A DNA stretch of 64,000 bases from Felis catus. Its lineage: Eukaryota. Below the pieces are notes generated by a model. It worked only from the letters and a program-made list of their open reading frames with translations, did not search any database and was not told where the DNA came from. A program made the translations under genes and the position numbers. Of this stretch, positions 23,399 through 36,899 are shown piece after piece (positions within the stretch are counted from its first letter, which is position 1; the number at the start of each line of letters is the position of its first letter). The stretch covers positions 209,996,001 to 210,060,000 of the forward strand of contig NC_058368.1 of the NCBI RefSeq assembly GCF_018350175.1, given 5' to 3'.

Positions 23399-25219
23399 TA
23401 GATGCAATAGTTCTTTCAACTGATTTATTATCTTTGTCCTGTTTTGAAGCTAACTTGATCATTGGTTCCACTCCCACTCTAAGGTAGAATAAGTGGGTCT
23501 GTTTATTTCATCATTAAATATCCTAGACTTCAAGGTTTCTTGGATTCCCCTTTTATCATGTTTTTACTGCCTTTTTAATTTTCTCTCTCCTTGCCAAGCT
23601 ATCCGTTGGCGTTTTCCTTGGCAGGCAGGGCAGCCATTGGAGGCTCCCCTCACCCAAGCCTGTTTCGTCCTTCCCTTTCTTTACACACTTATATGTTTGA
23701 CACTTGCACTTGTTTTTTTTTTTTTTCTAAACAGAACTGTATGCAGTGCAGAAGGAAACCGGTTTGAGTGAAGGCTAAGATATGCCCACTCTTGTCCTAA
23801 GTCCATGCTGGCTATTTGGGAGTGCTGCTTGCTTGCTTCCTGGTTCTCAGTTACTAGAACAGCTGAGATTGCTAAGTAAGCAAGGAGTCTCTGTGTTAGA
23901 AGAAGAGAGGAAATGCGAGGAGACCAGTGATGGGGGAGAAAGAAGCAATCAGAAAACAGCTCTCATCCAGGGAATTTTGCCAGGATTAAAAAAAAAAAAA
24001 AGTAAGAATAGAAAGACGGGGCAGATGAGGAATATAGCAGGCATAACTATGGGGGAGGTAAACAAATATCCAGAGATCAAAAGCAGCTTTCTTAAACTTT
24101 GAAATATAATGATAGTTCCTGAACGTGGATGTCTGGAGTGATCCTCGCTACCAGGGTTTGTTCTGATTTGAAGCACGGTCTGGGGGTGGGGAAGGGTCTC
24201 CGGTTTGTTAGGACTGTGGTTGTGTTGGGGAATGCAGGATCTGGAGCTAGCGAGGTTCATCATCATGCAGGCTGAAAAGAAGGCCATTGAGATGCTGGTC
24301 ACCAGGGACTCTGGCGAGGAATAATGGGGGAGCTGAATGCCGGTCTTCGCGCTGGCCATTCTAATCACTGATCCTCTTTGTAACGGTCGATTTACATGTT
24401 AGAAGATCTAAAAGGCAGGAAGCATAGAAATGGGCTTTGAATTTTCTTCCTTAGAGTTTGTTTCCAATTAATCTTTCTGAGACAAGAATCGCAATCCACC
24501 GCAGACTGTTTTGAAGCTTTCAAGCGCAGGTTTTGCTACTTGGGACAAGATGCTAACATATTAAAAAGGAAGCAAACAACTTAGTGTTTGGTTGGGCGTC
24601 TTCCCCCCAAATATGAAAAACGCCTCTCCATATCAATAAAGAGGCAGTACAGAAATCTCATGTACGCTGAACTTCTGGCAGCTTTCTTAGAATCACAAAG
24701 CTGGAGAGAACTGGCCAGAGTTTTTAGAAATGAAGAAACTGAGGTCCAGAGGGGCCAAGCCATTCTCAGAAAGTTGCTCAGCAAATGAGTGGTAGAGCAG
24801 GAACTGCAAATGTTTCCAGACCTTTCACCAAACCCTACTGGCGCTTCAGCAGAATTTATCTGTAATGAACAGAAAGGGTTGCATCCCAAGCCTGATTAGT
24901 TTCTTTGACATTTCTTTAAAGAGCCTACACCTTATATGAGTGGAAAGGTTTTGTGTTCAACGAGAAACAGTGCAACCCAGAGAAGCTGCCCTTGATCCTA
25001 CACAGAGACGATTGGCTATGATCTCAAAGGTGATAACAGGACATTTCCTGCCCCAGAGTCTTTCCTACTTCTCTTGCCTCTGGCCTGAAAACTGTCCTAT
25101 TATTATATCCCAAAGCAAAGATATTTAACAGATGGTGGTCTCTCCTTCACACTCTGGTTAAAATGCAAACATTAACTGGGAAGAAAACCTCCTACAATTA
25201 TCAGCTGTTGACATTCGCC

Positions 25220-25378
25220 ATCAGGGGTTTCAACCTTTTCTGGGGTCATAGACATATTTTAGAATCTGAGGAAATCTATGGCTCTTTTCCGCAGAAAATA
25301 CACAAGCAAAATTATAACGTCTTAGGGTCTTCACTGACCTCTGAAGCCCACCTTTAGAACCAGGTAAAAACACTCTTG
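25220..25378. mobile_element. MER103-like hAT MITE
   Basis: caggggtttcaacctt...ggggtcataga...gaatctga...ccaggtaaaaacac. Confidence 0.55.
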
Positions 25379-26399
25379 TTTTTAAGTAAATTAGCTTGTC
25401 CTAATAGCTGGCTGGTCTTCACAAGCAGAGCCTAATGGGCATGGAACTAAGTTTCCATGGGAGAAAAGAGCCCCAAAAGGGCTTCCCTGAAGCAGTGAGT
25501 AGCCCAGATAGAGTCCTGAGCAAGTTCGAGGGAAGCGGACAAAGGAGAAGAATCAAAGAGAAGGGTTCTCAGGGAGGTTTGGAGAGAAGCCAAAGATAAA
25601 CTTCTTGACTTCATCGCCCTGTCTAGGGTTGGCATAATTATGATTTCCAGGCTTATTTAACTTACTTAGCTGACCTCTGTAATTATTCTAAAGTCACACA
25701 TCTTCCTGGAATCCTTCCCCAATACACACTGACTCAAAGGCAGCCCTGTGCTGGTGAATAAGATATCTAGCTGAGAGCTGAGTCCTTGTTTCCTGGCATC
25801 TTGCCATTTTATGCTGCTCACGGATCTTTTGAATCCCTAAAAGAGGTGGGAAGTTCCTTGCAATAAGCCATGGGGAGATGATGTATCACCAAAACCTAGA
25901 CACGATCTTGGCAAGCTCACCAGGTAGTGATGTATTGATAAACATCAAAAGAAGTCATGAATTCCAAGAAAGAAAGTGATTTGGAGTAACTCCAGTGAGT
26001 CAGATTTTTTTTTTTTTTTTTTTTTTTTTAAAGACAGAAGTTGATTTGTATTGCTCAGCAGGACATGGTTGAGAAATGTGTTCAGGCTCCTCTGAGCAGT
26101 GGGAAGCCACAGAGAGGGACCTAAGCTGCCAGGACATATATGTGCCCTGGAGTCCCTAGCGGTTCCAAAGAAGTGAGTCTGGGATGAAGCTTAGGTGGGA
26201 AGCAGCCATTTCAAAAACTGCGAACAGTTGCAGCAAGTCATGGGCCACTTATCAGGACTCCACTGATGCCATTTCAATGGCAGGTTCTCACAGACTGGGA
26301 ATCCTCACAGGAGGAAAGGCAGAGTGTGGGAATCCCAGTTAAAAGGAGCTGGGAAAGAAGACTAGATACTGGGAATCCAGGTGGTTGGCTGCTTAATTT

Positions 26400-26500
26400 A
26401 TGCAAAATATTCTATAGTCTCTATGCCCATTGGGTAGCCAATAGCCCTGTATGGCTTTTAGTACTTGAAATGTCACTAGTGCAACCAAGGAGGATAAAAT
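26400..26500. mobile_element. MER3-like fragment
   Basis: ggtagccaatagccctgtatggct...gtacttgaaatgtcactagtgcaacc. Confidence 0.6.
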
Positions 26501-26578
26501 CTACTTTCACAAAGTGATCCTTCCTGTTAGGACAGACCATTGTCCCCAAGATAACATGGAGGCAAAAGTAGATAAACT

Positions 26579-26630
<52 letters not shown>

Positions 26631-26636
26631 TATGTG

Positions 26637-26680
<44 letters not shown>
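26579..26680. repeat. Compound microsatellite (A)n(TA)n(TG)n
   Basis: Directly visible. Confidence 0.95.
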
Positions 26681-26681
<1 letters not shown>

Positions 26682-26939
26682 TAGAGAGCTGTGGACATGA
26701 ATAAATCAAATTCCAGAATCAAATTCCAGAAACGGATGAGTCCTAGGTGAGAAGAGCTGGGGGGTGTCTAGGCACATTTGTAAATCAGGGTATGGCAGTA
26801 GGAACACAAAAGTGTCATGCACAGAGGGACTCTGTGGGGCATGGAAAAGTTCCCCAAGTTCTGTATGCAGAGGATTCTATAACATCTGAAAACATATCTC
26901 ACTCTAGAGACATTTGCACAGGTCACAATAATTTATTTT

Positions 26940-27160
26940 AATTTTCTTAATTAAAAAAAAATGTTTATTTATTTTTGAGGGAGAAAGAAAGGCAGCAGGA
27001 ATGGGGAGGGGTAAACAGAAAGAGAGACACAGAATCCGAAGCCGGCTCCAGGCTCTGAGCTGTCAGCACAGAGCCTATGTGGGGCTCAAACTCAGCAAGA
27101 GTGAGGTCATGATGTGAGCCGAAGTTGAACGCTTAACTGACTGAGCCACCCAGGAGCCCC
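26940..27160 (-). mobile_element. SINEC inserted into the tail of the adjacent SINE
   Basis: Complete minus-strand SINEC, flanked by tttaattttt-like repeats. Confidence 0.92.
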
Positions 27161-27372
27161 TTTAATTTTTTTTTAAGTTTATTTACTTATTTTGAGAGAG
27201 ACTGATACAGTGTGAATGGGGAAGGGGCAGAGAAAGAAGGAGGATTCCCAAGCAGGCTCCATGCTGCCAGAGCAAAGCCAGATGTGGGGTTCAAACTCAT
27301 GAAAATGAGATCATGACCTGAGCCAAAACCAAGAGTTGGACGCTTAACTGAACTGAGCCACCCAGGCACCCC
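27161..27372 (-). mobile_element. SINEC
   Basis: Complete minus-strand SINEC. Outer TSD gtcacaat(a/c)att at about 26922 and 27374 brackets both SINEs. Confidence 0.92.
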
Positions 27373-27818
27373 AGTCACAATCATTGTTAAAGACCTGTGT
27401 TCTTTCTGAGAAACATAAAATGGGTGTATCTTCCAATAACTGACATTTCAAGGTATGAAATATAATAGTGGTCATGGCTTTTTCTTCATGTAAGAAAGAA
27501 ATTAGGTATTGAGATCAAGAAATTTGAACAATTCAACTAAGACTTTTCTCTTATTTCTTGAGACAAGGCTTTGAGAAAATGCTTTGATAGATTTTGTGGC
27601 ACAAATACAGTGGAATATGAAATAGCCACTACAACTCTCATTAGAGTATTTTTATGGTCTAATTATTTATGATAAATAATTATGATAAAATGTTAAATGA
27701 AAATATAACACAAAATGAAACAATTCCTTGAATAAACTTATATAAAAAATTATATACACATGGAAGGAAATTTGGAAAAATATACCAAACATTATTAAGA
27801 GGGGCAGAATATGATTTT

Positions 27819-27838
27819 TTTTTAAATGTGTATTTAGT

Positions 27839-27873
<35 letters not shown>

Positions 27874-28041
27874 ATATGAGCAGGGGAGGGGCAGAGAGAG
27901 AGGGAGACACAGAATCCAAAGCAGGTTCCAGGCTCTGAGCTGTCAGCACAGAGTCCGACACAGGGCTCAAACTCGTGAACTGGAATATCACGACCTGAGC
28001 TGAAGTTGGATGCTTAACCGACTGAGCCACCCAGGTGCCCC
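27819..28041 (-). mobile_element. SINEC
   Basis: 21-bp TSD agaggg(g/a)cagaatatgatttt at 27798-27818 and 28043-28063. Confidence 0.95.
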
Positions 28042-28084
28042 TAGAGGGACAGAATATGATTTTAATATAGTCATATCTGTGTGT

Positions 28085-28245
28085 GTATATCTATCTATAC
28101 CTATACCTATATCTACATATCTGTATTTGTATCTGTATCTGTCTATATCTATATCTATATATCATCTATCTATATCTATCTATATCTATATCTATATCTA
28201 TATCTATATCTATATCTATCTATATCTATATCTATCTATCTGTAT
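28085..28245. repeat. (TATATC)n / (TATC)n complex microsatellite
   Basis: Directly visible. Confidence 0.95.
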
Positions 28246-28273
28246 ATGTGTTATGTTTCAGTAAAAAGCTTTG

Positions 28274-28483
28274 AGGGGTGCTTGGGTGGCTCATTGGGTA
28301 AAGTGTCAGACTCTTGATTTTGGCTCAGTTCATGATCTCACAGTTTGTGAGATCGAGCCCCACATGGGGCTCTGTGCTGACAGTGCAGAGCCTGCTTGGG
28401 ATTCTCTGTCTCCCTCTTTCTCTGCCCCTCCCCTACTCTCTCTCTCTCTCTATCAAAATAAGTAAATAAACTTAAAAAAAAAA
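28274..28483 (+). mobile_element. SINEC
   Basis: Head ggggtgcttgggtggctca, CT repeat and A tail. Confidence 0.93.
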
Positions 28484-29620
28484 CCCTTCTTTGAAAAACT
28501 TTTAAATTGCAATCAGATATTGAGGGGCACAGAGCGTGCTTCTGGGAAGGGAGAGCACATGAGCAACGGTGCTCAGGGGGCAGTGTGCAAGGCATGCTCT
28601 TGTGCTGGCAAGCACAGGGGGCCCCCCGTGGGCACTTTGGATGAGCTCAGCTGAACCAAGGGTAGGAAAACACATAATGTTGTCATTTTTCACCTGTGAT
28701 CATCTGCTAAGCCCTGGGGGAAAAGAGTATGTGTCCAGTCTCTGGCTGAGCATCCCAAAGGCATGTGGGCTAACTGACGTTGCTAGAAGACAGAAGAAAA
28801 TAGAGGACTTGTGACTGCCTGAGGCACCCATGATAAAGACAACACTCTCAGCAGGGAAAAGCGTCCCAAGTGTCACAGCAGAGTCATATTGTAGCTTTGC
28901 CTTTGTCCATCAAAGTGAAAATGAAAGAGAAGAAAGCAGGCAAGTCAGATAAAGCAACGATCAATAACATCAACCATCAATGAGAAATACTTATCAAGCA
29001 TGTATCTTGTATCCGGCACCTTCTAGGCACTGGACCATCCCATAACTGATAAGTCTTCTGTGGTCCTCTTCCAGGATCGGAATAGCACCATCTGTTGTAA
29101 TTCCTACTTATCTTCCAGCTATATCACTACAGTGCCTACCACATGGGAGGCAATCAAAAAATATTTTTGAATGACTGACTAAATAAATAACTCCGTTAAT
29201 GATTTAGTGATGAGGCTGGTCTTGTGTATCTCTCAGTGTCTAAACAAAAGGCACCTCCACCTCCCCATGATGATGCTGCCCCTCTTCACCAGGCCCTGCC
29301 CTCAGCAGACATGGGGATGCTGTCTGGGCTTAGCCCAGAGAAGATGAGGACTCTGGACCAGAGCCCTTATACCATCTCCACTGGGAAAGCCTGTTGTGCT
29401 GAGGGTGGGGCTTCCCTCCTCCACTCCCTGTCCTCCCTGACACAGCACAGAAATTTTTGTTTAGATGTTGGTGTTCTATAGTTTCAAATGCAAGAATCAG
29501 GCAAGTCTCCTATACCTTCATGTGGCGGTCATTAGAGCTTTTCAAATATATTCCCTCAGTTTTGTTGCTGTTATTATGAAGATTTTAGGGTTGTTTTTGT
29601 AGCATAATCTAACCTATCCA

Positions 29621-29622
<2 letters not shown>

Positions 29623-29658
<36 letters not shown>
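29623..29658. repeat. (TG)n microsatellite
   Basis: Directly visible. Confidence 0.95.
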
Positions 29659-29661
<3 letters not shown>

Positions 29662-30149
29662 ATATGTAAACACACTATATTTGTAAGTTTTGCGTAAATA
29701 TTTTTAATAAATTTTTAAATTAATTTTTTTGATTTGTTTTTACTATCAACCAAATCTAAACTATGCCTTTGCCTGATCATTATGTACCTCTGCTTAGATA
29801 AAAATAGCACCACAAGGATCAGCCTCTCCTAATCAGCAAGAGCACACAGAAATCTATGTCTACACAGATTTCTTATCAACTAACATTATGTCACACTGTT
29901 AGCTCAACTTAGGGCTCACCACAGTCTTTTATAATTTGAAGGCAGTTAGAGCTTTTGTGCTTATTTGCATTTTTTTTTTGCACCCTCCATATAATATATT
30001 CTTAAGATTCATGGGAATTGCATTCCCTGATTTCTCTTCCTTTTCCCTCCTGGTCTTAAGACACTAGGAGAGCAGTTGATCAGTACATTCAAATGTATTT
30101 GTTCAGTTAATTCTTAATTATCGAGTATGAGCGGAGGTATGGGTTACTT

Positions 30150-30375
30150 CATACACAATGGAATATCATTCAGCCTTAAAAAAAAAAAAGAAGGAAATTA
30201 TGCCATTTGTGACCACATGAATGAACATGGAGGACATTATGCTAAGTGACATAAGCTGGACGTAGTAAAACAAGTACCACCATGTCCCGTTTATGTGGAA
30301 TCTAAAAAACTAATTGAATCCATAAAAGAAGAGGGCAGAATTGTGGTGGCCAGGGGCTAGAGGAGGGTAACTGTC
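30150..30375 (+). mobile_element. Old L1 (L1MA-like) 3' fragment
   Basis: acaatggaatatcattcagcc, gccatttgtgaccacatg and ggacattatgctaagtga. Confidence 0.8.
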
Positions 30376-30650
30376 CATATAAGGGCAAACCCTGGGACCT
30401 GGCAGAGCAATGAGATACAAGGAAGTTGGCGTCCTGACCCCTGGACAGGATCCACCACACCACGTCCAACCTCTCTGTGACAGAGAGATGAGTTTTTCTG
30501 TAGTGTAACCATTATTACTTTGGGTCTCCATCATAAGCATTTGATTCTGTCCTAACTCAGTGGTCTTAAAAGTGAGGTATAAGTTTCCCTGGGGGATAAA
30601 TATCCTCCACAAGACATAGAGACTCATAGTTTTAAAAGAATCAAGTTCTG

Positions 30651-30786
30651 AGGGTGCCTGGGTGGCTCATTTGGGTAAATGTAGGACTCTTGATTTCAGC
30701 TCAGGTCATGATCTCACAGTTATGAGTTCGAGCCCCGCATCGGACTGTGTGCTGATGGCATGGAGCCTGCTTGGGATTCTGTCTCT
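30651..30786 (+). mobile_element. SINEC lacking its 3' CT/A tail
   Basis: SINEC head to gggattctgtctct, then unrelated sequence. Confidence 0.9.
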
Positions 30787-30979
30787 GCTTTAGTATCTTA
30801 AGGAGACTTTTAGACATTTTTTCCCAATCATTCCCATCACAAAATTTTAATTCCACATATGTATGCCATATATCTGTTCATGTTCTATATGCGTATGTGT
30901 ACTTCATACACTAAAAAAGTAAGATTTTTATCCCTTAGGAACCAATTTTTGCCCCCATCAAGCAAGCATACCTTAGAAT

Positions 30980-31959
30980 ACAAAAATCTGTAGGGCACCA
31001 AAGGACTATTTGAAATACTGATATTGGTGTGAGAGATTAAATGACTCTGATTGCATATTGAATCTTTTACCACTCATAAAATTTCTGATTCTTTGCTTCA
31101 AAACATGCAAGAATGTAACAAGATGTCAGCTGATGAACCATTAAAACGAGCTCAGGAAGGATTCAAAGAATTGAGTGACCTTGCCATAACAAAACTCCTT
31201 TCATTTCTATGTAATTATTTATATGAATAAGATACATCAGGACTTTCATATATAAAAATGGAATACAGTAATATAAGTAGGCTGAGCACTGACTCATTCT
31301 GATGTTAAGTATTGTCTGTCTGTAGAAATGATTAGAATCACTCCTATTTAGAGATGCACTTCTAATAAAATTCACTTTTTATATTTAGTGATTTGTAATA
31401 TATTTATGTTAGTTTTACCAAAATTACAGTGATAATGAAATTCAGAAGACATCTTTTGACTCTTAGGTCTTTTTGGCCATAGGAAATTATAAAGAGCATA
31501 TTAAATGCCAGGCTTTACATGTATCTATATATCTACATCTAAACATGTCTCTATCTATAGGTGTATCTGCTATAGTAGAGAAAGTATGATGGCATGGTCG
31601 TAAAAGACTGTAAGAATAAAAATATAATAGGTTAAAATTACATGGAGGAAGTCAGATGGAAATGTAAGTCCAAAAGGAAAACGAATTGCTATAAAATTTC
31701 TTACTATTAAAGAAGGACTTGTTCGTGTATAGTTTAAATAAATGAATGAATGATGGTAAGTACCAATCATAATAGCTTCTAGATTCCATTTAATACACTT
31801 AAAGAGTCATGTAATGGTTCAATTAAAAAATGACAGGGGTGCCTGGGTGGCTCAGTTGGTTGAGTGTCTGGATCCTGATTTCAGCTCAGGTCATGACCTC
31901 ACGGTTCATGATATTGAGCCCCATGTCTGACTCTGTGCTGAGCACAGAGCCTGCTTAGG

Positions 31960-31998
<39 letters not shown>

Positions 31999-32200
31999 TT
32001 CTGCCCCTCCCCTACTCGTGCGATTTCTCTCTCTCAAAATAAATAAACATTTAAAAAATGTCAAAATACACAACATGCCAGGAAGTACATACTTTGCAAC
32101 AATTTAAACTCACGACGAAAAATGTTAGATGTCTCCTTAGAAATGAGTGAGGTTGCTTTAAAGTTTATTTTGAGGGATGCCAAGCCAAAAATGCTGAGGA
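30980..32200 (+). mobile_element. hAT-Charlie transposase remnant (Charlie4-like), interrupted by a SINE
   Basis: 31141-31240 translates QEGFKELSDLAITKLLSFLCNYLYE*, resembling the hAT dimerisation motif LLPF.STYLCE.GFS; boundaries approximate. Confidence 0.6.
31836..32052 (+). mobile_element. SINEC
   Basis: Complete copy. TSD aaaaaatg(a/t)ca. Confidence 0.95.
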
Positions 32201-32619
32201 TTCGAGGTTCAAGTCTGACAGGTAACTGTGACGATGTTACCAAGCCACCACGGGAGGAGCAGAGTTTGTCCCCAGCCCAATTCTGGTTGCTAGTTCTAGC
32301 AACTGAGAGTGAGCCTGAGCTCACAGGGCAGGCAGGAGACGGTCCTCAACATGAGGGGTGCAAGGGAGTAGAGTCTGGGAAGTCAGGTTACTGTTGGCTG
32401 TTTGGCACAATACCTGCTTCTCCCTCCTTCCTTGCTGCCTGGGTTCAAGTGGTGAACAGTAGCCCAAAGGGGAACCTGCAGACCTCAGGATTCTCCGTGC
32501 TCTGAAGCCCTCCCCTCCACCGAAGGCCTCCAGCCCAGGTGGCTACATATCACCAAGTTCCTTGGGACCCCCTTCCCCACTCTAGCTGTTTTTAGCTCTT
32601 ACTACGCTGACCTTCTCTT

Positions 32620-32752
32620 TCTCCAAAAATGTGGTCCACCTGTGTCGAATCACCTGGAGCCCTTGTTAAAAGTGTATGGTTTTTGGTCTCACAACAGACC
32701 TATTGTATTGGTATCCCTGGGGGTGCGACCTGGGATTCTACATGATTAACTC
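32620..32752. mobile_element. MER5-like hAT MITE
   Basis: gaatcacctggagcccttgttaaaa...cagaccta...ctgggggtgcgacctgggattct. Confidence 0.65.
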
Positions 32753-35314
32753 TTCAGAATAAGATTTACCTCTTTACGTTAGTTCTTTGTGTCCAGCAAA
32801 TAATGGTAAGTTTCTTTGCTTACGATGGAAACTTGATATTGAGAGTTTGCATTTTAAACACTAGCAAATGGACACATGGATCTGAAAAGATTTCAGCCTG
32901 TTTTATTCTTGGATGATAGCAGATACTGGGGACTTCTTGGCTTTAAACCTGAAAGAGCAGGAAGAAAAGAATAATGTTCGGAGCAAGATAAAATGTATGT
33001 TCAAAAGAGAAAAAAAAAAACGAACAGGAAAATCACAAAGCAAGCTGTCTTCTAATCTGATTCTTAGGACCATGACATTGGACAAATGTGCAGCACTGAA
33101 AAAGAGCAGATGGTCTCCAGCACTGTACCTAACGCAGAGTTGGATGCCATCCCAGTCCTGGGGTTGGATCAGAGTTTGGACTAGACCAACACAATCATAA
33201 GCAGAGGCCAAGAATGGGTGCTCTGTTCCAGGGAAGCATAGGAAGGAACCGGGAGCTTTGGGGTCTGTATTTAGCAGTGTCAGATTCAAGGCCAGCTGAT
33301 TCTGTGAGGGAGCCTGAAAGAAAGGCCCCATGAAAAACAGAGCTGGGCAGATGGATCCCTTTGATAGCACAGAATGGGGCTTACCTAAAGCATCTGGAGA
33401 AACGGAGTGAGGCAAACAGGAGCTTTCTCCAATTTTCTACTTTTAAAATCCAGCAACTGTCTCTGAGTTAGCATGTTCAAATTCTCTGCTCAGCTACTTA
33501 AGCCAGCAGGCCACAACCCTTGGTTTTTCCTAAGTTTACTACATGGTGCCTTGTGGCAGTGGCCATCAGAGTGATGTTTTCATTATTTAAAATAATTCAG
33601 GCAATGCACAAAAGTTTGCTTTCTGCCAGACCCAACATGTTTGGCTCCTTTCTTCTAGCACAGAAGACTCACCTCTTTGTGCTATTGAGAAGGGAAAAAT
33701 TAATCCCAGGAGGAGCCCTACAAGAATGGGATAAAAAAACTTTTTCCTGCGTAGTTGTAGCTTTGGGGAGGGTGGTATTCTCGGCAACAACCATCTGTCT
33801 GGACTACAGAGGAGTTTTGAATGTTTTTGGAGAATTATCTTTGCTTCTTTGATTTCACAACACTCCCTTCTCTTTTACCACCTTGGTTTTATAATAATTT
33901 AGTGAATATAAATAGGTTGTTTTGGGAAACCAGGGAAGAATTTTGTGACACTTCTGGGGGTGAAATGGAAAGCCTTGTGGCTGATAGAACCAGGAACGAG
34001 AGTCGCTACTCTTGGACTAGAAATATCTGAGAGTGGTCTACGAGGTTCTGAGAGTCTTCAGCCTTGAACCCTGGGAAGGTAATACTTGGGTTTCTAACCC
34101 AAACACACAACTTGGTTCTAATCTTTTTATTTTTATTTTTTTGTATCTCACTTGCATATGTAACATTCTTTCCATTTATTATGTGTACTTAAGAATTGTT
34201 TTCACCCACCAAAGCGAATGGGTAGATCTAGATATCTGCTACAATGCTTTGTTTTTCTTGTTTGCTATTCATTTCTTTCCCTACTCACTTTAAGAAAAGA
34301 AAAATCAGTGTTTTCTTCCCTATTTGTCCTTCTCAGTCTGAACCACTTATGCCTTGTTAGATCCTGGATTCATTTACTCAGTTGACTGATATGAATGGAG
34401 CACCTATTATGTTCTCAGAACCGGGCTAGGTCTAGGATAGAGGCAGATGTGTTTCCTACCTTCCAGAAGCTCTCACTCTCCTGGAATTCCCAACGTGTTT
34501 CTCTCGGGACCTCTATACAGACTTCCTGGGCGATGACATTCTCTTATGTGTCATCAAGGCCTGCTGGGGGCATTTCTTGGCCTGTACTTTTTTTATTCTG
34601 GCTCTTTTTCCAAGGACCAGAGGCAATGCACCTCAGCCCTTTCCTTTCTCCACCAGGAAGGAGGCTTGATGGATCCTCACAGTTTTTTCTCCCCTGTCTC
34701 ACAGGGACGCCACAGAAGAGTTCTGGAATGCTTGGAAGCTGATGAAGCACCTTAAATAAACAAAAGCAATCATAGTTATATCCCTGGGGGAGATGGAGAC
34801 ATCTGACTACAGCCAAGTAGATAAATATGTCCTTTGGTGTTTAGCTGCAATCCTGGGGATGATTGAACAAATCTCCCTTTGTGGGAGTGGCTGTAAATCA
34901 AACAACATAAGGCCTTCATGACACAAGGGAGATAACTCTGCGTTACCATATGGGTTTGAAAACACCCCAGCTCAACGGGCAATAAGAGGAGCTCAGATAG
35001 TCAGCCTGGCGCTACACGTTTGTGGGCCTTCCGGCTCCACACTCCTCGCCCTCATGCGGCTCTGCTCTCATGCAGCTGTGAGGGAAGGGACTCGCTTGGC
35101 TGACTTGATGAATGTCTTTCCTTTCTCAGGCATGGAGAGTTGAATCGATTATAATGTACAGCTCGTTGTGCCCCTTTTGCCATTGTCAGTACAGAGCCCC
35201 GTTCACCGGCTCGGTGTTTGTTTCCCCTGATATCTCATTCCGTACACTCACTCCCCTTTCTCTCCAGGCATTTGTTCTTACAAAGTGTATATTGCTTGGT
35301 CTGCAGGTATTCTT

Positions 35315-36890
35315 TCCATCTTTTAATTATAACCGTGTTCAAACACAGTGGAAAGTTGAATGTACACGTACCCTCCTATACCAGCCGCCTAGAATCAAAC
35401 ATTTCCTAATGTTTTGCTTGCTTAACTCCATATGAGCATTTGAAAGTAAGTTGTAGATATCATAAGTCACCCCTAAATGCTTCGGTATCCTTCTTTTAAA
35501 GGCCATTCTCCTCCGGAAAGAAAATATCTGCACATCTATGCATGTTAATAGTGATTATATAATCTAATATCCAGTCCATATTCAAATTGCCCTAATTACT
35601 AAAAATGTCCTTATAGTTTATTTTTTAGTTTTTTTATTTGTTTATTTATTTGTTTATTTTGAGAGAGAAAGAGCAAGAGAGTGTGTATGCAAGCACACGA
35701 GAATGGGGAAGGGGCAGAGAGAGAGGGAGAGAGAAAGCAGGCTCCACAGTGTCAGTGCAGAGAACAACATGGGGCTCGATCCCATGACCATGCAATCATG
35801 ATCTGAGCCAAAATGAAGTTGTCACTCAACTAACTGAGCCACCAGGGCATCCCTCTTACATTTTTTTTTTTAATCAGAATTTGATCAAGGTTTACACATG
35901 GTGTCTGATTAAATATTTTTCATCTACTCTAGAATGGCCTCCTTCTTTTAAAAATAACATTGACTTTTTGAAGAGATGTGTTCATTTGTCTTGTAGAATG
36001 TCCTCCATTCTGGATTTGTCTGATTGCTTCCTCAAGGTGTTTAATTTTTTCCCTTATGTTTTGTCATTCTTGTAAACTGGAAGTTGGATCTAAAGACTTG
36101 ATTAGCTTCAGGCTAAGTTTCTGACAAGCATACTTCATATGTGATTTTGGGTACTTAACATTGAATCCTATCAGGAGGCTCATAATTTCAAAATAGTCCA
36201 TTGTCTGACTGTAATGTTCAATTTGATTACTTGGTTAAAGTGATCACTGTGATATCTTTGCATTGCAAAAGTACAGTTTACCCTTTGAAATTTAATAAAA
36301 AATGTGTAGGGATGGTACTTTGGTGCACTTGGACATCCTAGTCTCCAATAACCTCTCCCTTAATAATGATCCATCAGTGACTCTTGTTTGGATAAATGAT
36401 CTTATTGGCAGTTGTAGAATTGTGATATTCTACTGCTATGATCCTTTCTACATTTATTTGCTGTAATTGTTCTATAAAACAGAGCTTTTCTTTATTGACA
36501 GTGGATAAATTCATGTCTACTACTTCATGAAAAGGTAGAGTAAGATACTTAATTATTTACCTTTAACAACCAGATTTTGGAGTAATGGGTTATGTAATAG
36601 GTACCTCCAAAGATGAAAAATGAGCTTTTTCCTCTCCTTTTATTTTACTTCATAATTTGAATGTCAGTATAAGCTTATGGGTATTTTTTATTCAAGATTT
36701 TACAACCAATTATAGTCATTTTTCTTTTTAATGCTCAAATTTGTGTTTCTTGCCGGGACTCTGATTAATAGACAATATATCCTGGACACCACTCTACATC
36801 ACTACATAGAGATCATCTTCATTGTTTTATATGGCTGTGTAGTACTTCATTGTGTGGATGGACCAGAGTTGGCTCACTTTTTGTGGGCCA
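35315..36890 (-). mobile_element. Ancient L1 3' end (L1MC4/5-like), interrupted by a SINE
   Basis: catttgaaagtaagttgtagatatc, aatatccagtccatattcaaatt and cattctggatttgtctgattgcttcctc. Confidence 0.7.
35618..35833 (-). mobile_element. SINEC (older)
   Basis: Poly(T)/TTTA tail and head caactaactgagccaccagggcatccc. Confidence 0.9.
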
Positions 36891-36899
36891 ACCTTGACA

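Noticed and set aside
28010..28317. Low-complexity ORFs (YLYL/ISIS), also at 46297-46625 and 62755-63094
   Set aside because: Microsatellite translations.
32903..33415. 170-aa minus-strand ORF
   Set aside because: Non-ATG start, no recognisable motif, no clear splice context.
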